In this document: positions 11,007 through 21,429 of the stretch, piece by piece
How positions within the stretch are numbered: the first letter of the stretch is position 1
Layout: each line of letters begins with the position of its first letter
Virus record (IMG/VR): IMGVR_UViG_3300020045_020105
Span: 1-64,000 of that record
Source: a virus
DNA length: 64,000 nucleotides
Direction: 5' to 3' (one strand)
Notes under the pieces: generated by a model
The model's database searches: none
The model's input: only the letters and a program-made list of their open reading frames with translations
Told to the model about the DNA's origin: nothing
Position numbers and translations under genes: made by a program

Positions 11007-11687
11007 ATGAAAGCAAAAGAAGAGATAGTCTCTATATATACCTATATAAAAGGAAAAATAGGATTGAAGGTTGAGAGTCTTAAAACAGTAAATAATACTA
11101 TTGACTCCTTTTTCAAATTACTTGAAGAAGCAAACTTAACAGATCCTGAAATAGTAAAAGCAAATTGTGCTAATAATTTTTTGGAAGCAGTATCAGAGGA
11201 ATGGTTATTCCTCTATATTGCCTTTCATTTTCAAAATGATATAAATTATAAGACCTATAAGGCAGGACTAGAAAATAAAACTTTTGATTGGGTGTTTTAT
11301 TTGAGTGGATTTTGTACTAAAAAAGCACTTTATATCTATGAGAAGAAAAAACCTCAGTGGTTATTTTTTGTAGAAAGAGATTTATTAAAAAAATATAAAT
11401 TTAATTATCAAACATATCTATCAGAGGTAAAAGGGGAAAGCACTATCTTAGAACCAACAACCCCAACCTCTAAAGGATTTACAATTAACAGAGTGGAAAA
11501 ACCTATATCACAAGAGAAAATTACTCTAGATGAACTCCTCCCAATAGAAGATAAGGAGAGATTGAGATTTCTAAATACAGAGCAAGGGTTATATCATTGT
11601 ATAACGGAAGAGATTTACTTTAAAATGGAGAGTGATAATTGTAAACAATGTAAATTTAAGATAGAATGTCAGGAAAGAGTTTGGTAA
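11007..11687 (+). CDS. Hypothetical protein with C-terminal Cys cluster
   Basis: ATG 11007 lies downstream of the promoter; C...CxxCxxxxxC. Confidence 0.55.
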   Translation: MKAKEEIVSIYTYIKGKIGLKVESLKTVNNTIDSFFKLLEEANLTDPEIVKANCANNFLEAVSEEWLFLYIAFHFQNDINYKTYKAGLENKTFDWVFYLSGFCTKKALYIYEKKKPQWLFFVERDLLKKYKFNYQTYLSEVKGESTILEPTTPTSKGFTINRVEKPISQEKITLDELLPIEDKERLRFLNTEQGLYHCITEEIYFKMESDNCKQCKFKIECQERVW

Positions 11688-11905
11688 AAACATATTGTAT
11701 TTATAAGGGAAGTTTTAATTCTATCAAAGGAGTTATTTCCTTAATGATTCTATCAATCCAAGGAGACCCTCAATTTTTTTCTAAAGAAGAAGCTGAAGAT
11801 TGGATAGTTAATAATTGTAAGGATTGGGAAACTTTAGTAATACTTCCCCTGTATATGGTTAAAAAAGAAAAAGATGGTGAAGAAAAGCAATTGGGGGAAT
11901 TGTAG
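11666..11905 (+). CDS. Hypothetical protein
   Basis: ORF overlaps both neighbours. Confidence 0.4.
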   Translation: MSGKSLVKTYCIYKGSFNSIKGVISLMILSIQGDPQFFSKEEAEDWIVNNCKDWETLVILPLYMVKKEKDGEEKQLGEL

Positions 11906-12347
11906 TGGTTGTTCTATTTTTAGTTTTATAGTAAATAAAACGCACTACATATGTGCTAAGTGTAATGAAAATAGATTAGGTGGTATTAGAGAAAATAAAC
12001 CCAAGAAATCTCTATCTCAATTTTCCACCAAAGGAAGAATTAATAAGCAGAAAGTAGATTCAACCTATAAAGAAATGGATGAATCATCAGACCAACTTTG
12101 CTCTGGGTGTGAGAGAACCCATGTAATAACTCATTCTCATATCTTTCCAAGAAGTTTTAAGCAATATGAAGCAGAAAAATGGAATATCGGATATCACTGT
12201 ATCCCCTGTCACGATCTTTGGGAGAGTAAAGATATAGAACAAATGAAAAAATTATTGGATTTTGAATCAAGAATGGAAGTAATTAAAACTCATGATGAAA
12301 ATTACTATAATTCACTTTTAGAAAAAACAAGATGGCAAAGAAGGTAA
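11874..12347 (+). CDS. Zn-binding HNH-type endonuclease
   Basis: CSGC..THSHIFPRS..NIGYHCIPCH plus N-terminal CxxC pairs. Confidence 0.65.
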   Translation: MVKKSNWGNCSGCSIFSFIVNKTHYICAKCNENRLGGIRENKPKKSLSQFSTKGRINKQKVDSTYKEMDESSDQLCSGCERTHVITHSHIFPRSFKQYEAEKWNIGYHCIPCHDLWESKDIEQMKKLLDFESRMEVIKTHDENYYNSLLEKTRWQRR

Positions 12348-12775
12348 CTCCAACTGTAAAAGATATTAGAGATTCGATATTGGATGAATTAAGGAATGCT
12401 CTTATGTTAGTCGGTGAAGAGCTACTATCTGAAATACTATCTAGTTACTATTTAGGATCTGGTGAAGATACTCTAAAAGCACTGCAAGAATTTAATACTA
12501 CTTATACAATATTTGAAGCAGAAGAAGGGCAATTACTTAAAGGTTTTTTAATTGTAAAAGATTTTAAAATTGAATATAGTCAGGTTAAAAATTTTAATAA
12601 AACACTTAAATGGGTTAAAGATGATTATAAGTTTGGGATTGTAATAAATGAAGATCCTAATGATAAAATATTTCAAGCAAATCAAAAAATATATTTTGAA
12701 TCAGAGAAACAAAGAGATTTAGAATACGCAAAAATAAAAAAGAAATTAGAAGTATTTAACCAAAAATTTAAATAA
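12332..12775 (+). CDS. Hypothetical protein
   Basis: ORF in operon context. Confidence 0.5.
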   Translation: MAKKVTPTVKDIRDSILDELRNALMLVGEELLSEILSSYYLGSGEDTLKALQEFNTTYTIFEAEEGQLLKGFLIVKDFKIEYSQVKNFNKTLKWVKDDYKFGIVINEDPNDKIFQANQKIYFESEKQRDLEYAKIKKKLEVFNQKFK

Positions 12776-12780
12776 ACTAT

Positions 12781-13431
12781 ATGTTACACCCATGTCATTA
12801 CATTGTGATGGACTTTGAAACCTCGGGATGGACAGCTAAAAACAACCAAGCAGTATCTATAGCAGTGGTTGTTTTAAACCAAGCTCTTGAAGAGGTTGAA
12901 GTCTTTTCAACTTACATCAATTATTATGATGGAAAGAAAATTGAATCTAGTGCATTAGCCTTTAATGGTGTTACTATTGAACAGATTGAATCTGGGATGG
13001 ACGTTTTAGAGCTCTATAAGTTACTAAAGGAAATCTTTAAAAAATATAAGTGTGGAAGATATGCAAAGCCAATTATGGTTGGACATAATTTTATAGATTT
13101 TGACCTTCAATTTTTAGAATATATCTTTAGTAGGGTAACTATAACAAAGGATGGAGTTCAAATTCCTGATAGTGTTCATACCTATATTTCAAGTTATATT
13201 ATAGATACTATGGAAAGATCTAGAGAACTCTGGGGATTAGAAGAAGTTGAAGATCACAAACTCCCAACTACTTGTAAGAGAGCTGGTATAGAACTATTTG
13301 ATGCTCATAATGCTTTAAATGATACAAAAGCTAATGCTGAATTATTAAAATATTTTATTAGAAGAGGTAGAGGTGGATCAGCAGGTGAAACCATAGTGAA
13401 AGTTAAAGAAAGAGTATCATTTAAATACTAA
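12781..13431 (+). CDS. DEDDh 3'-5' exonuclease (DnaQ/epsilon-like)
   Basis: DFETSG, GHNFIDFD, IDT, HNALND. Confidence 0.9.
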   Translation: MLHPCHYIVMDFETSGWTAKNNQAVSIAVVVLNQALEEVEVFSTYINYYDGKKIESSALAFNGVTIEQIESGMDVLELYKLLKEIFKKYKCGRYAKPIMVGHNFIDFDLQFLEYIFSRVTITKDGVQIPDSVHTYISSYIIDTMERSRELWGLEEVEDHKLPTTCKRAGIELFDAHNALNDTKANAELLKYFIRRGRGGSAGETIVKVKERVSFKY

Positions 13432-13433
13432 TT

Positions 13434-15095
13434 ATGGATTTATTATCACCAGCTCTTTCTCCTTTTCAAATTAATCAAGTCCTAAGTACCTGTGAAAGTA
13501 TTATAGGGGGACTTGATGAATTTGGTATAAAGGAACTAATGACTGGAGAAGAAAAGGACCTAGATACAATATTTTCCACTGTCTACAATACAACCAAGGA
13601 AGTACTCTATAGTAGACCTACTACAATAAATGCCTCAAATTTTGGATATTTAGACAAATTAACATCTAGTATAGATGAAGGTTTAAAGGTATTGAGTCTC
13701 AACTATTTTATTATTAGTGCACTACCTTCTTTTGATGTTGAAGAACATCATATAGAGTGGGGTAATTTAATTCAAATATTTAAAAATCTAGGTATAATTG
13801 CTGCTCGAGATCATGGGAAAAGTTTTGAGTTTTCCTATGCTTGGCCCTTGTGGAAAATGAATCGAGCAACAAAAGGACCTAATCCTTATTTATCAGACAG
13901 GGAAAATTTACTCCATAAAAAGGGGATGATTATTACAGCAGAAGTTGGGTTGGCTACTGACTTCATGAAAGCTATAATGAATGAAATAGAACAAAACCCC
14001 TATTTAAATCGGAAATTATATTTTGGGAATAAGGAATGGGGTAATACTTCGATAACTTGTGGAAATGGAGCCAATTTAATACCAAGAGGTATAAATGGGG
14101 CTTTACGTGGAAGACACCCAGGGTGGATAGATGGAGATGATTTACTTGATGAATCAAACCTATATTCTAAAATTCAGCGGGATAATGTAATAAATTTGTT
14201 TTATTCCGTTATTATGAATATGATCCAACCAGGTGGAGAGGTTAAGATAGTAGGGACCCCTTTTCACCAACAGGATCTTTATAGTGCACTTAAGAAAGAC
14301 AGAAGATTTAGAGTTTTTGAGTATCCAGGAATATTTCCAGATGGAAGATTACTCTATCCTAGAAGGCACTCTTATCAAAGTTTAATGTATAAGAGAGAAT
14401 CTCAAGGTAAAGTCAACTTTACAAGAGAAATCTTAGTTAAGCCAGTATCTTCCGACTCTACTATATTTCCTTGGCCTATATTGGAAACAGCATTCTTAGG
14501 AATGGGAGATCTTTGTTTAACTACAACTAGAGATCAATTTCCAATTAAAATGACTAAAGTTGTGGTAGCAGTAGATTTAGCCATAAGTGCGAATATTGGA
14601 GCCGATTTTACTGTAATTACTGTTTGGGGATTCAATCCACAAAATGAATGCTATTACCTTATGTATTTGTGGAGAGAAAAGGGTAAGGGATTTAAAGAAC
14701 AAATAGCACAAGTTAAGAATGTTTGGCATAATTTTAATCCAGATGTAGTTGTTGTAGAAAATAACGGATTTCAAGAAGCATTTTGTCAGGCCTTAGAAGA
14801 TGATAAAGTTCCAATTGTAAGACATACAACAGACGCTACTAAAAAAGATATGTATAATGGACTTCCAAGTATGGCTCTTATGTTTGAAAAGGGACAAATT
14901 AGGTTCCCAAGAGGAGATGAGGATAGTAGAAATGCTACAGATATAATTTGTTCTGAATTTAACTCTATGACTTTTACAGATAAAGGTAAGTTAGAAAGTG
15001 CTTCTGGACATGATGATACTTGTTCTTCTTCATACTTAGGTATTAAAATAGGGATGCCATATATAAATAGTGGATTTAGTTTTTCATTTATATAG
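13434..15095 (+). CDS. terL: Terminase large subunit
   Basis: Walker A ARDHGKS, LRG, Walker B GDDLLDE, VGTP; nuclease motifs AVDLA, VENNGFQ, HDD. Confidence 0.88.
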   Translation: MDLLSPALSPFQINQVLSTCESIIGGLDEFGIKELMTGEEKDLDTIFSTVYNTTKEVLYSRPTTINASNFGYLDKLTSSIDEGLKVLSLNYFIISALPSFDVEEHHIEWGNLIQIFKNLGIIAARDHGKSFEFSYAWPLWKMNRATKGPNPYLSDRENLLHKKGMIITAEVGLATDFMKAIMNEIEQNPYLNRKLYFGNKEWGNTSITCGNGANLIPRGINGALRGRHPGWIDGDDLLDESNLYSKIQRDNVINLFYSVIMNMIQPGGEVKIVGTPFHQQDLYSALKKDRRFRVFEYPGIFPDGRLLYPRRHSYQSLMYKRESQGKVNFTREILVKPVSSDSTIFPWPILETAFLGMGDLCLTTTRDQFPIKMTKVVVAVDLAISANIGADFTVITVWGFNPQNECYYLMYLWREKGKGFKEQIAQVKNVWHNFNPDVVVVENNGFQEAFCQALEDDKVPIVRHTTDATKKDMYNGLPSMALMFEKGQIRFPRGDEDSRNATDIICSEFNSMTFTDKGKLESASGHDDTCSSSYLGIKIGMPYINSGFSFSFI

Positions 15096-15096
15096 G

Positions 15097-15163
15097 TTTT
15101 AACTCTTTTTAACATTCTTTAACAAATTTTAACATCTTTTAACTAAGATTTTTATTACCTTTG
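15097..15163 (+). promoter_or_regulatory. Class A promoter: 5 x 10-bp YTTTAAC repeats + TACCTTTG
   Basis: Repeats 15097-15146; -7 box 15156-15163. Confidence 0.8.
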
Positions 15164-15214
15164 GTCTTTAAGATTAAATATAAATCGATTGTATAACAAA
15201 TTAAAACAGATAGT

Positions 15215-17110
15215 ATGTTCGATAGTTTAAACCTTACCGAGTTAATCATCCTCCTTACAAGTGCAGACGAAGCTTATTATTTTAGTGAAGAGCCAATAAT
15301 GTCTGATGAACAATATAATACTCTAAAGGAAAGAGTACCCGCTGGGCATCCTTACTTGATTAAGATTGGATTTAAACCACCAAAAAGTAGGTTAGAATTA
15401 CTTCCAACCTTAATGGCTTCTCAAAATAAGGTAAAAACAATTGAGGAACTATTTAAGTGGGCAGAAAGTAAAAATATATCTCCTTCTATAGAGATGATTC
15501 TAACCCCAAAATTAGATGGTAATTCTCTTGTGGTTGATGAGACCTTAGCTACAAGGGCATGGACTCGTGGTGATGGGGTTGAGGGAATGGCAGTTCATAA
15601 TCATTTTTTAGAAATAAGAAATAAGAAAAATCCAGTTAAAGATCACTTTAACCTTTCAATGGGTGAAGCAATTATTTCCAAAGAGAATTTTGAAATAGCT
15701 AGGACTAAGGTATTTCGTACAGATGGAAAACCTTATACAACAGCTCGTAGTATGGTAGCTGGTTTATTTCTCAAAGATGAACCAAGTGAGGGATTACAAT
15801 ATATTGATTATATTCGATATGATTGTGATAATCGTCACGTTTCCACTAAAGAAGATAAGATGGATTTAGTTAACTATGCCAATTCAATCCGTTGTCCATA
15901 CCAAACTATCTCTTTAAACGAAATAACAAATGATTTACTTCAAGAACTTTATAAAAAATGGTCTCAAGTTTATTGTATTGATGGAATTATTATTGAGATC
16001 AATGATTTGTATTTTGCAAATAAATTAGGGAGGGAAATAAGTGGGAATCCTGCCTACTCTCGTGCTTATAAATCCAATTTTGAGGAAAGAGCAATAACCA
16101 AAATAATAGATATTAGATGGCAACCATCTAAAGATAGGCTTCTAATTCCAGTAGCAGATATTGAGCCAGTGGTTCTTGAAGGAGCTACTGTTGATAAAGT
16201 TACTCTTTACAATGCAAGATATGTACACCAACAAGGACTTGCAAAGGGGGTTACTATTGAAATAATAAGATCAGGGGGAGTAATTCCTAAAATAATTAAG
16301 GTAATAAACCCAAAATCAAAAGCAGTTGCTTGGGCTTTATCAATCCCAGATACTTGGAATGCAATTGAAACAGATTGGGATGGGGTTAATTTATTTTTAA
16401 CCCAATCTTCCCCAGAAATTGATATTCAGGGGTTGCTTTATTTCTTTAAAGCTTTTAATGTTGAAATAGGAACACCAAGTTTAACTCAATTCTATAAAGC
16501 TGGTTTTACTTCAATATCAGATATTTTAAATATGGGGATTGAAGAACTTGAAGTAATTCCTGGGTTTGGAAGAATAAGTGGAGAAGCCTTTTTAAATGAA
16601 TTAAAGACCAAAGTATTTATAACACCACTTGCTAGGTTGCTAGCAGCAAGTAATTGTTTTAAGGGAATGGCAGAAAAAACACTTAAATTATTCCCTGCAG
16701 AATTCCTTGACTTAAATTACTTGGAGCAAGATAGTTATTTTAATTCCTATGTAAATAAATATAAAAATATAGATGGGATTGGAATTACCTCTGCAATTGC
16801 TTATGTAGATGGTTGGCAAGAATTCTTACCTTTCTGGGAAACTATAAAGGATAAGTTTATCATTATTACTGCAGAACAAAAAGGAACAAAGTTTGTAAAT
16901 AAATCACTAGTATTTAGTGGGTTTAGAGATGAAGAACTAAAACAACAATTTGAGGCTTTAGGAGGAGATGTAAAAACTTCACTAAGTAAAGGAACTACCT
17001 ATTTAGTTTTGAAAGATATAAACTCAGTATCTTCAAAAGCAGGTAAAGCAAAGGAATTTGGAACTTTAACAATAACCAGAGACAAACTAATCGAACTTAT
17101 TAATGGCTAA
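15215..17110 (+). CDS. ligA: NAD-dependent DNA ligase
   Basis: AYY, KLDG, TRGDG, IDGII, AYK, TLYN, RSGGVIP, HhH motifs, C-terminal BRCT. Confidence 0.95.
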   Translation: MFDSLNLTELIILLTSADEAYYFSEEPIMSDEQYNTLKERVPAGHPYLIKIGFKPPKSRLELLPTLMASQNKVKTIEELFKWAESKNISPSIEMILTPKLDGNSLVVDETLATRAWTRGDGVEGMAVHNHFLEIRNKKNPVKDHFNLSMGEAIISKENFEIARTKVFRTDGKPYTTARSMVAGLFLKDEPSEGLQYIDYIRYDCDNRHVSTKEDKMDLVNYANSIRCPYQTISLNEITNDLLQELYKKWSQVYCIDGIIIEINDLYFANKLGREISGNPAYSRAYKSNFEERAITKIIDIRWQPSKDRLLIPVADIEPVVLEGATVDKVTLYNARYVHQQGLAKGVTIEIIRSGGVIPKIIKVINPKSKAVAWALSIPDTWNAIETDWDGVNLFLTQSSPEIDIQGLLYFFKAFNVEIGTPSLTQFYKAGFTSISDILNMGIEELEVIPGFGRISGEAFLNELKTKVFITPLARLLAASNCFKGMAEKTLKLFPAEFLDLNYLEQDSYFNSYVNKYKNIDGIGITSAIAYVDGWQEFLPFWETIKDKFIIITAEQKGTKFVNKSLVFSGFRDEELKQQFEALGGDVKTSLSKGTTYLVLKDINSVSSKAGKAKEFGTLTITRDKLIELING

Positions 17111-18464
17111 ATTAAATAAGCTTTTTCTTTTGGAACTTTATAAGCTAATGTTCCAAAAGAAGGCTATTCTCGATATTTGTGTTAAACATTTAAAATACCA
17201 ATATCTTCCAGATGAAATTTACAAAGAAATTTGGAAGAGAGTAAGAACCCATTATTTAGCAAAAAATACAGTACCTTCAATAGGTACTATTGCTCAAATG
17301 GATGATGGGGTTTCAGCAGATTCTAAAAAGAGATTGGAGCTATTGGGGCAAATTAGGGAAATAAAAACTCCTGAATTTACAGAAATTATAGCTCAACTTG
17401 AGGAATTTTTAAAAGATTCCCTATCTGTTGACTTCTATGAGAGCTTTGCAGATATATATAATAAGGGAGATAAAGATAAAGCAAGAAACTATTTAAGACA
17501 AATAGCAACGGAATTATCTCAATTTTCACTTAGATCTGAAATTTCATTTGAACCTATTTTTGAAGGATATCGCAAAAGACATTTAAGACGTAAGATAGAT
17601 CTTGAACTTGGTGCTAATCTTACAAATAGAATGCCTTTGGGTATTGATGAATTTGATACCTTAACAGGTGGAATTGATATAGGTGACACTTTTTGTGCTT
17701 TAGCTCGGTCAGGAGTAGGTAAAACAAAATTACTAAGACATATTGGAGTTTCAGCAGCAAGAAGAGGGTTTCGTGGGTTACATATCCAATTAGAGGGAAC
17801 CAGAGCAAAATGTCTTATGGGATATGATGCTACTTGGACAGCTCAAAAAATGATTAATATTGAAGAAGGACAAATTGATGAAGGATTATTTCAAGTACTT
17901 GTTCAAATTAGTGAGAGTGTTAGTTTAGCAGGGGGAGATGTTCTTGTAGAATCTTTTGAACAATTCATTCGTCCTACTTTAGTTGATTTGAGAAATATTA
18001 TCTTAGATTATATAAAGAGATTTGATAAAGCTCCAGATTTTGTTCTTGTTGATTATTTAGAACTACTTGACCCAGGAAATGGAGTTATTTATAAGGTAAG
18101 TGAAGAAAGATTTAGAAGAGGATCCTTAGCAGAAGGAATAAAGAACCTTGCAATTGAGTTTGGAACAAGAATGATAACAGCAACACAAGCAAATGATATT
18201 GCTCAAGCACTTTGGAATGATGCAGATTGGGTAATGACCAGAAATAATGTTTCAGAAGCAAAGAAATTACCAGATTCTTTTTCATTCTTTATTACATTAA
18301 ATCAAACTCTTGAAGAATATGAAGAGGGAATAATGAGATTATTTATGGATAAAATTAGAGATAGAAAGGGTAATCAAACAATAAAAATTTACCAAGACTA
18401 TTCACATGATAAATTTTATCTTAAAAAGAAAACACTTAAAGAAGTTCACGGAATAAATTGCTAA
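17103..18464 (+). CDS. dnaB: DnaB-like replicative helicase
   Basis: ARSGVGKT, QLE, VDYLEL, ATQ, KIR. Confidence 0.9.
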   Translation: MAKLNKLFLLELYKLMFQKKAILDICVKHLKYQYLPDEIYKEIWKRVRTHYLAKNTVPSIGTIAQMDDGVSADSKKRLELLGQIREIKTPEFTEIIAQLEEFLKDSLSVDFYESFADIYNKGDKDKARNYLRQIATELSQFSLRSEISFEPIFEGYRKRHLRRKIDLELGANLTNRMPLGIDEFDTLTGGIDIGDTFCALARSGVGKTKLLRHIGVSAARRGFRGLHIQLEGTRAKCLMGYDATWTAQKMINIEEGQIDEGLFQVLVQISESVSLAGGDVLVESFEQFIRPTLVDLRNIILDYIKRFDKAPDFVLVDYLELLDPGNGVIYKVSEERFRRGSLAEGIKNLAIEFGTRMITATQANDIAQALWNDADWVMTRNNVSEAKKLPDSFSFFITLNQTLEEYEEGIMRLFMDKIRDRKGNQTIKIYQDYSHDKFYLKKKTLKEVHGINC

Positions 18465-18465
18465 A

Positions 18466-19440
18466 ATGATTGTAAATGAGATTGAGTTAAAGAAACTACT
18501 TCTATTAAGGCCCTCAGGGAATAAAGGATGGTTCACTTCAATGTCTCCTTGTCCATTCTGTGGTAAAAAGGGAAAGTTAGGAATTATATTTGGAAAACAA
18601 ACTTCTTCTTTCCATTGTTATTCAGGGAAATGTGGTAAAGAAGGAAGTATTTATTTAGTATTAGAGAAACTTGGAAGAACAGATTTAATTCAAGGATATA
18701 AACCAGTTGATTTAACTAAAAAACTTGAAAATAGATTAACTGGTGAAGATGAAATCGAATTAGATGTAAAAACTTGTAAAATGCCGATGGGGTTTAAGAG
18801 AGTTTATTCTAATCCCTATATGGAAGGCAGAGGGTTTACAGCTAAAAAGTTTGAAAAGTATCTTGTTGGTGAGACTAAGATAGATCCCAAGTTAAAAAAA
18901 GACTACATTATTTTTGGAGTAATTGAGGGAGGAGAAGTTAAGGGGTACTTAGGAAGGAACACTAAATACGACAAGAAAGAATTAGAAAATGAAAATAAGA
19001 GAAGAGAATTATTAGGGTTAAAACCTATAATGAGATATTTAAACTCCTCATCTCCTTTTGAAAAATTGGTATTTGGGCTTGACGAAATAACAGAAGAAAC
19101 AAAGGAGATTATAGGTGTTGAAGGAATTACAGATAAATTTAATATTGAGGATTTTGTCGATAAAAGTACTGTAATAATAGCAACTTTTGGGAAGAACTTA
19201 TCTATATTTCAAATTTTAAAAATAATGCGAAATGGGCCAAATATAGAAAATTTTATATTAATGAGGGACCCAGATGCCTTAGCTAAGATGAAGGAAGAAA
19301 GTTTTAAAGTAGAACATTACCTTCCAACTAAAGCAATAAGGTTAATCGATAAAGACCCTGGTGAACTGAGTAGAGAAGAATTTAATGAACTATATAAAAA
19401 ACAATACGATCCTTTAGAGTTAAAATTAGATATCTTATAA
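18466..19440 (+). CDS. DNA primase (Zn finger + TOPRIM)
   Basis: CPFC..HC..C; VEGITD; DPDA; KDPG. Confidence 0.88.
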   Translation: MIVNEIELKKLLLLRPSGNKGWFTSMSPCPFCGKKGKLGIIFGKQTSSFHCYSGKCGKEGSIYLVLEKLGRTDLIQGYKPVDLTKKLENRLTGEDEIELDVKTCKMPMGFKRVYSNPYMEGRGFTAKKFEKYLVGETKIDPKLKKDYIIFGVIEGGEVKGYLGRNTKYDKKELENENKRRELLGLKPIMRYLNSSSPFEKLVFGLDEITEETKEIIGVEGITDKFNIEDFVDKSTVIIATFGKNLSIFQILKIMRNGPNIENFILMRDPDALAKMKEESFKVEHYLPTKAIRLIDKDPGELSREEFNELYKKQYDPLELKLDIL

Positions 19441-19442
19441 TT

Positions 19443-19937
19443 ATGATAATAAATCAAAATTCATCAAAACAAAATTTCTTAGATATACTTCAAAAAGAAT
19501 ATCTTGTATTTAGTATGAGAAAGGGCTTCTATCCCTCAGAGAGTGATAAAAGATTTTTTACAACCCTATTGGGGTTTAAAAAAGCAAAAATATTTGATTT
19601 GGGAAGTAAATTACAACAACTTACAATTTTCACATCTGATGAGGTATTAGCTTATTATGTAAGTATTATATCTTTGGATTTTACCTTCCCTAATTTTTTC
19701 TATATCCCTCAAACAGAAAAGGAATATGGTAAAAAGGATTTGATTTACTATTATAAAGTGGGAGCTAAATTTGATTTTGCTCATAAAGGAAGCTTAGTTA
19801 TTAAGGATCTCCATCTTGTAGATATTAAAAATAAAATATGCTACTTTAAAGAGAATTCAGAGATTTTTAAAAAGAATTTTGGAGAAGTAGAAAGACAATT
19901 TACCTTTGAATCATCAAATCTGGAATTTAAATTTTAA
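19443..19937 (+). CDS. Hypothetical protein
   Basis: ORF coupled to the primase. Confidence 0.5.
   Translation: MIINQNSSKQNFLDILQKEYLVFSMRKGFYPSESDKRFFTTLLGFKKAKIFDLGSKLQQLTIFTSDEVLAYYVSIISLDFTFPNFFYIPQTEKEYGKKDLIYYYKVGAKFDFAHKGSLVIKDLHLVDIKNKICYFKENSEIFKKNFGEVERQFTFESSNLEFKF
19851..19908 (+). promoter_or_regulatory. Predicted promoter of the guanidino-enzyme cluster (inside the upstream ORF)
   Basis: TTG at 19879 and TACCTTTG at 19901-19908 (22-nt offset, as in the other class B promoters); GAGAATTCAGAGATTTT at 19851. Confidence 0.55.
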
Positions 19938-19955
19938 CCATAAATTATATCAAAA

Positions 19956-20894
19956 ATGAAAAATGCTCAAAAAACAATTTCAACAATTGAAACTCCTTCT
20001 TATTTGTTGAATCTTCCAACCTCATTTAGTTCAAAAGAAGCTAATAATGTTTGGATGGAAGAAGAAGTTGGTAAGGAAGATTCAGTGGTAAATCCAGAAG
20101 TAGCTCTTGCTCAGTGGTTGGATCTTTACAATATTATGTCTTCAAATGCTTTTGTTCAGGTTCTCCCAACCCCTGCCAAGTGTGAACTACAGGATTTAGT
20201 TTTTGTTGCAAATTTGGGAATTGTGTTACATCACATTAAAGATCGAGATGTTGTTATTGTTAGTAATTTTACCTCTCCTCCTCGCCAAGGTGAAACTCAG
20301 GTAGGAGTAGATTTTTTCAATTTCGCTGGTTATGAAGTCCATGTTTGTCCTTTTAAGTTTGAAGGTGAAGCAGATTTAAAATATATTCGTGATAATATCT
20401 ACATCGGTGGATATGGACAAAGAAGTACATTCGCTGCTTATGAATGGATGGAAAAGAATTTTGGAATGAAGATTATTAAAATCAAAATGAACAATCCAAA
20501 ACTTTATCATTTTGATTGTATGTTTTTCCCAATTACCTCAACAGATGCTTTACTTTGTACTGATGAAGTAACAAAAGAAGAACTACTTGAAATCAAGTCT
20601 GTTATTGAAATTATCCCAGTACCAATTGAGTTTGCTCAAAATGGAATTACAAATAGTGTGAGGATGCACAATTTGGTATTAAATGCTTCCTTCATTACGG
20701 AACTTGATCCTATTTTGGATAAAGAAGATTATCTGGTTGAAAGAGGTAAAAATCAGTTCTTGGAAGATGTATTGAGTGATTTTGGGATTGAAACCATATT
20801 TGTCAATATAAGCGAGTATATGAAGGGCGGGGCACTATTATCTTGTTTAGTTTGTCATTTAAACAGGAATAGTTATAATTACGAATTAGTTTAA
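19956..20894 (+). CDS. Pentein-family amidinotransferase / DDAH-like enzyme
   Basis: DLVFVAN, RQGE, FEGEAD, LYHFDC, KGGALLSC catalytic motifs. Confidence 0.85.
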   Translation: MKNAQKTISTIETPSYLLNLPTSFSSKEANNVWMEEEVGKEDSVVNPEVALAQWLDLYNIMSSNAFVQVLPTPAKCELQDLVFVANLGIVLHHIKDRDVVIVSNFTSPPRQGETQVGVDFFNFAGYEVHVCPFKFEGEADLKYIRDNIYIGGYGQRSTFAAYEWMEKNFGMKIIKIKMNNPKLYHFDCMFFPITSTDALLCTDEVTKEELLEIKSVIEIIPVPIEFAQNGITNSVRMHNLVLNASFITELDPILDKEDYLVERGKNQFLEDVLSDFGIETIFVNISEYMKGGALLSCLVCHLNRNSYNYELV

Positions 20895-21425
20895 ATGGAA
20901 CTAATAGGACCAAAAGAGCCATATAAAATTTGTTCTCAATGTAAAAAGGAGTATCCCTTAAGTGACTTTCACTATCAATACAGTAGAGGTGCTTATGGAG
21001 TATGTTGCAAACATTGTAAAAATAGAAAAGCTCTAGAAAGAACTTGGAGGTTAAGAGGGTTTTCTTCACCAGAAGAAGGAGCTGAGGTTTTAAGAAAACA
21101 AACAGCAAAACATAATAGATTTTCTGCGGTTTACCTTATTTGGTTAGGGGAGAAAAATTTATATTATGTAGGATCTTCTGAGCATTTTTTATCTAGAAGA
21201 GCTAATTGGATTAGCTCTATTAAGAATGTGAATCCTAATTATAGAGTAAGAGATAATACAAGGATCTATCTCAATAAAGTTCTTACCAAAACCAATTTTT
21301 ATTCTATTAAGATTTTACAAAAATTACCAGTAGATTTATCTCCTGAAGAAATTATTAAAATTGAAAAAGATTGGATTATTAAAGTAATTTTAAAGCATAA
21401 AAATATTTATAATAATTTGACATAA
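20895..21425 (+). CDS. Zn-finger + GIY-YIG putative homing endonuclease
   Basis: CSQC..CKHC; AVYLI...YYVGSS....R...EKDWI...YN. Confidence 0.7.
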   Translation: MELIGPKEPYKICSQCKKEYPLSDFHYQYSRGAYGVCCKHCKNRKALERTWRLRGFSSPEEGAEVLRKQTAKHNRFSAVYLIWLGEKNLYYVGSSEHFLSRRANWISSIKNVNPNYRVRDNTRIYLNKVLTKTNFYSIKILQKLPVDLSPEEIIKIEKDWIIKVILKHKNIYNNLT

Positions 21426-21429
21426 GATT

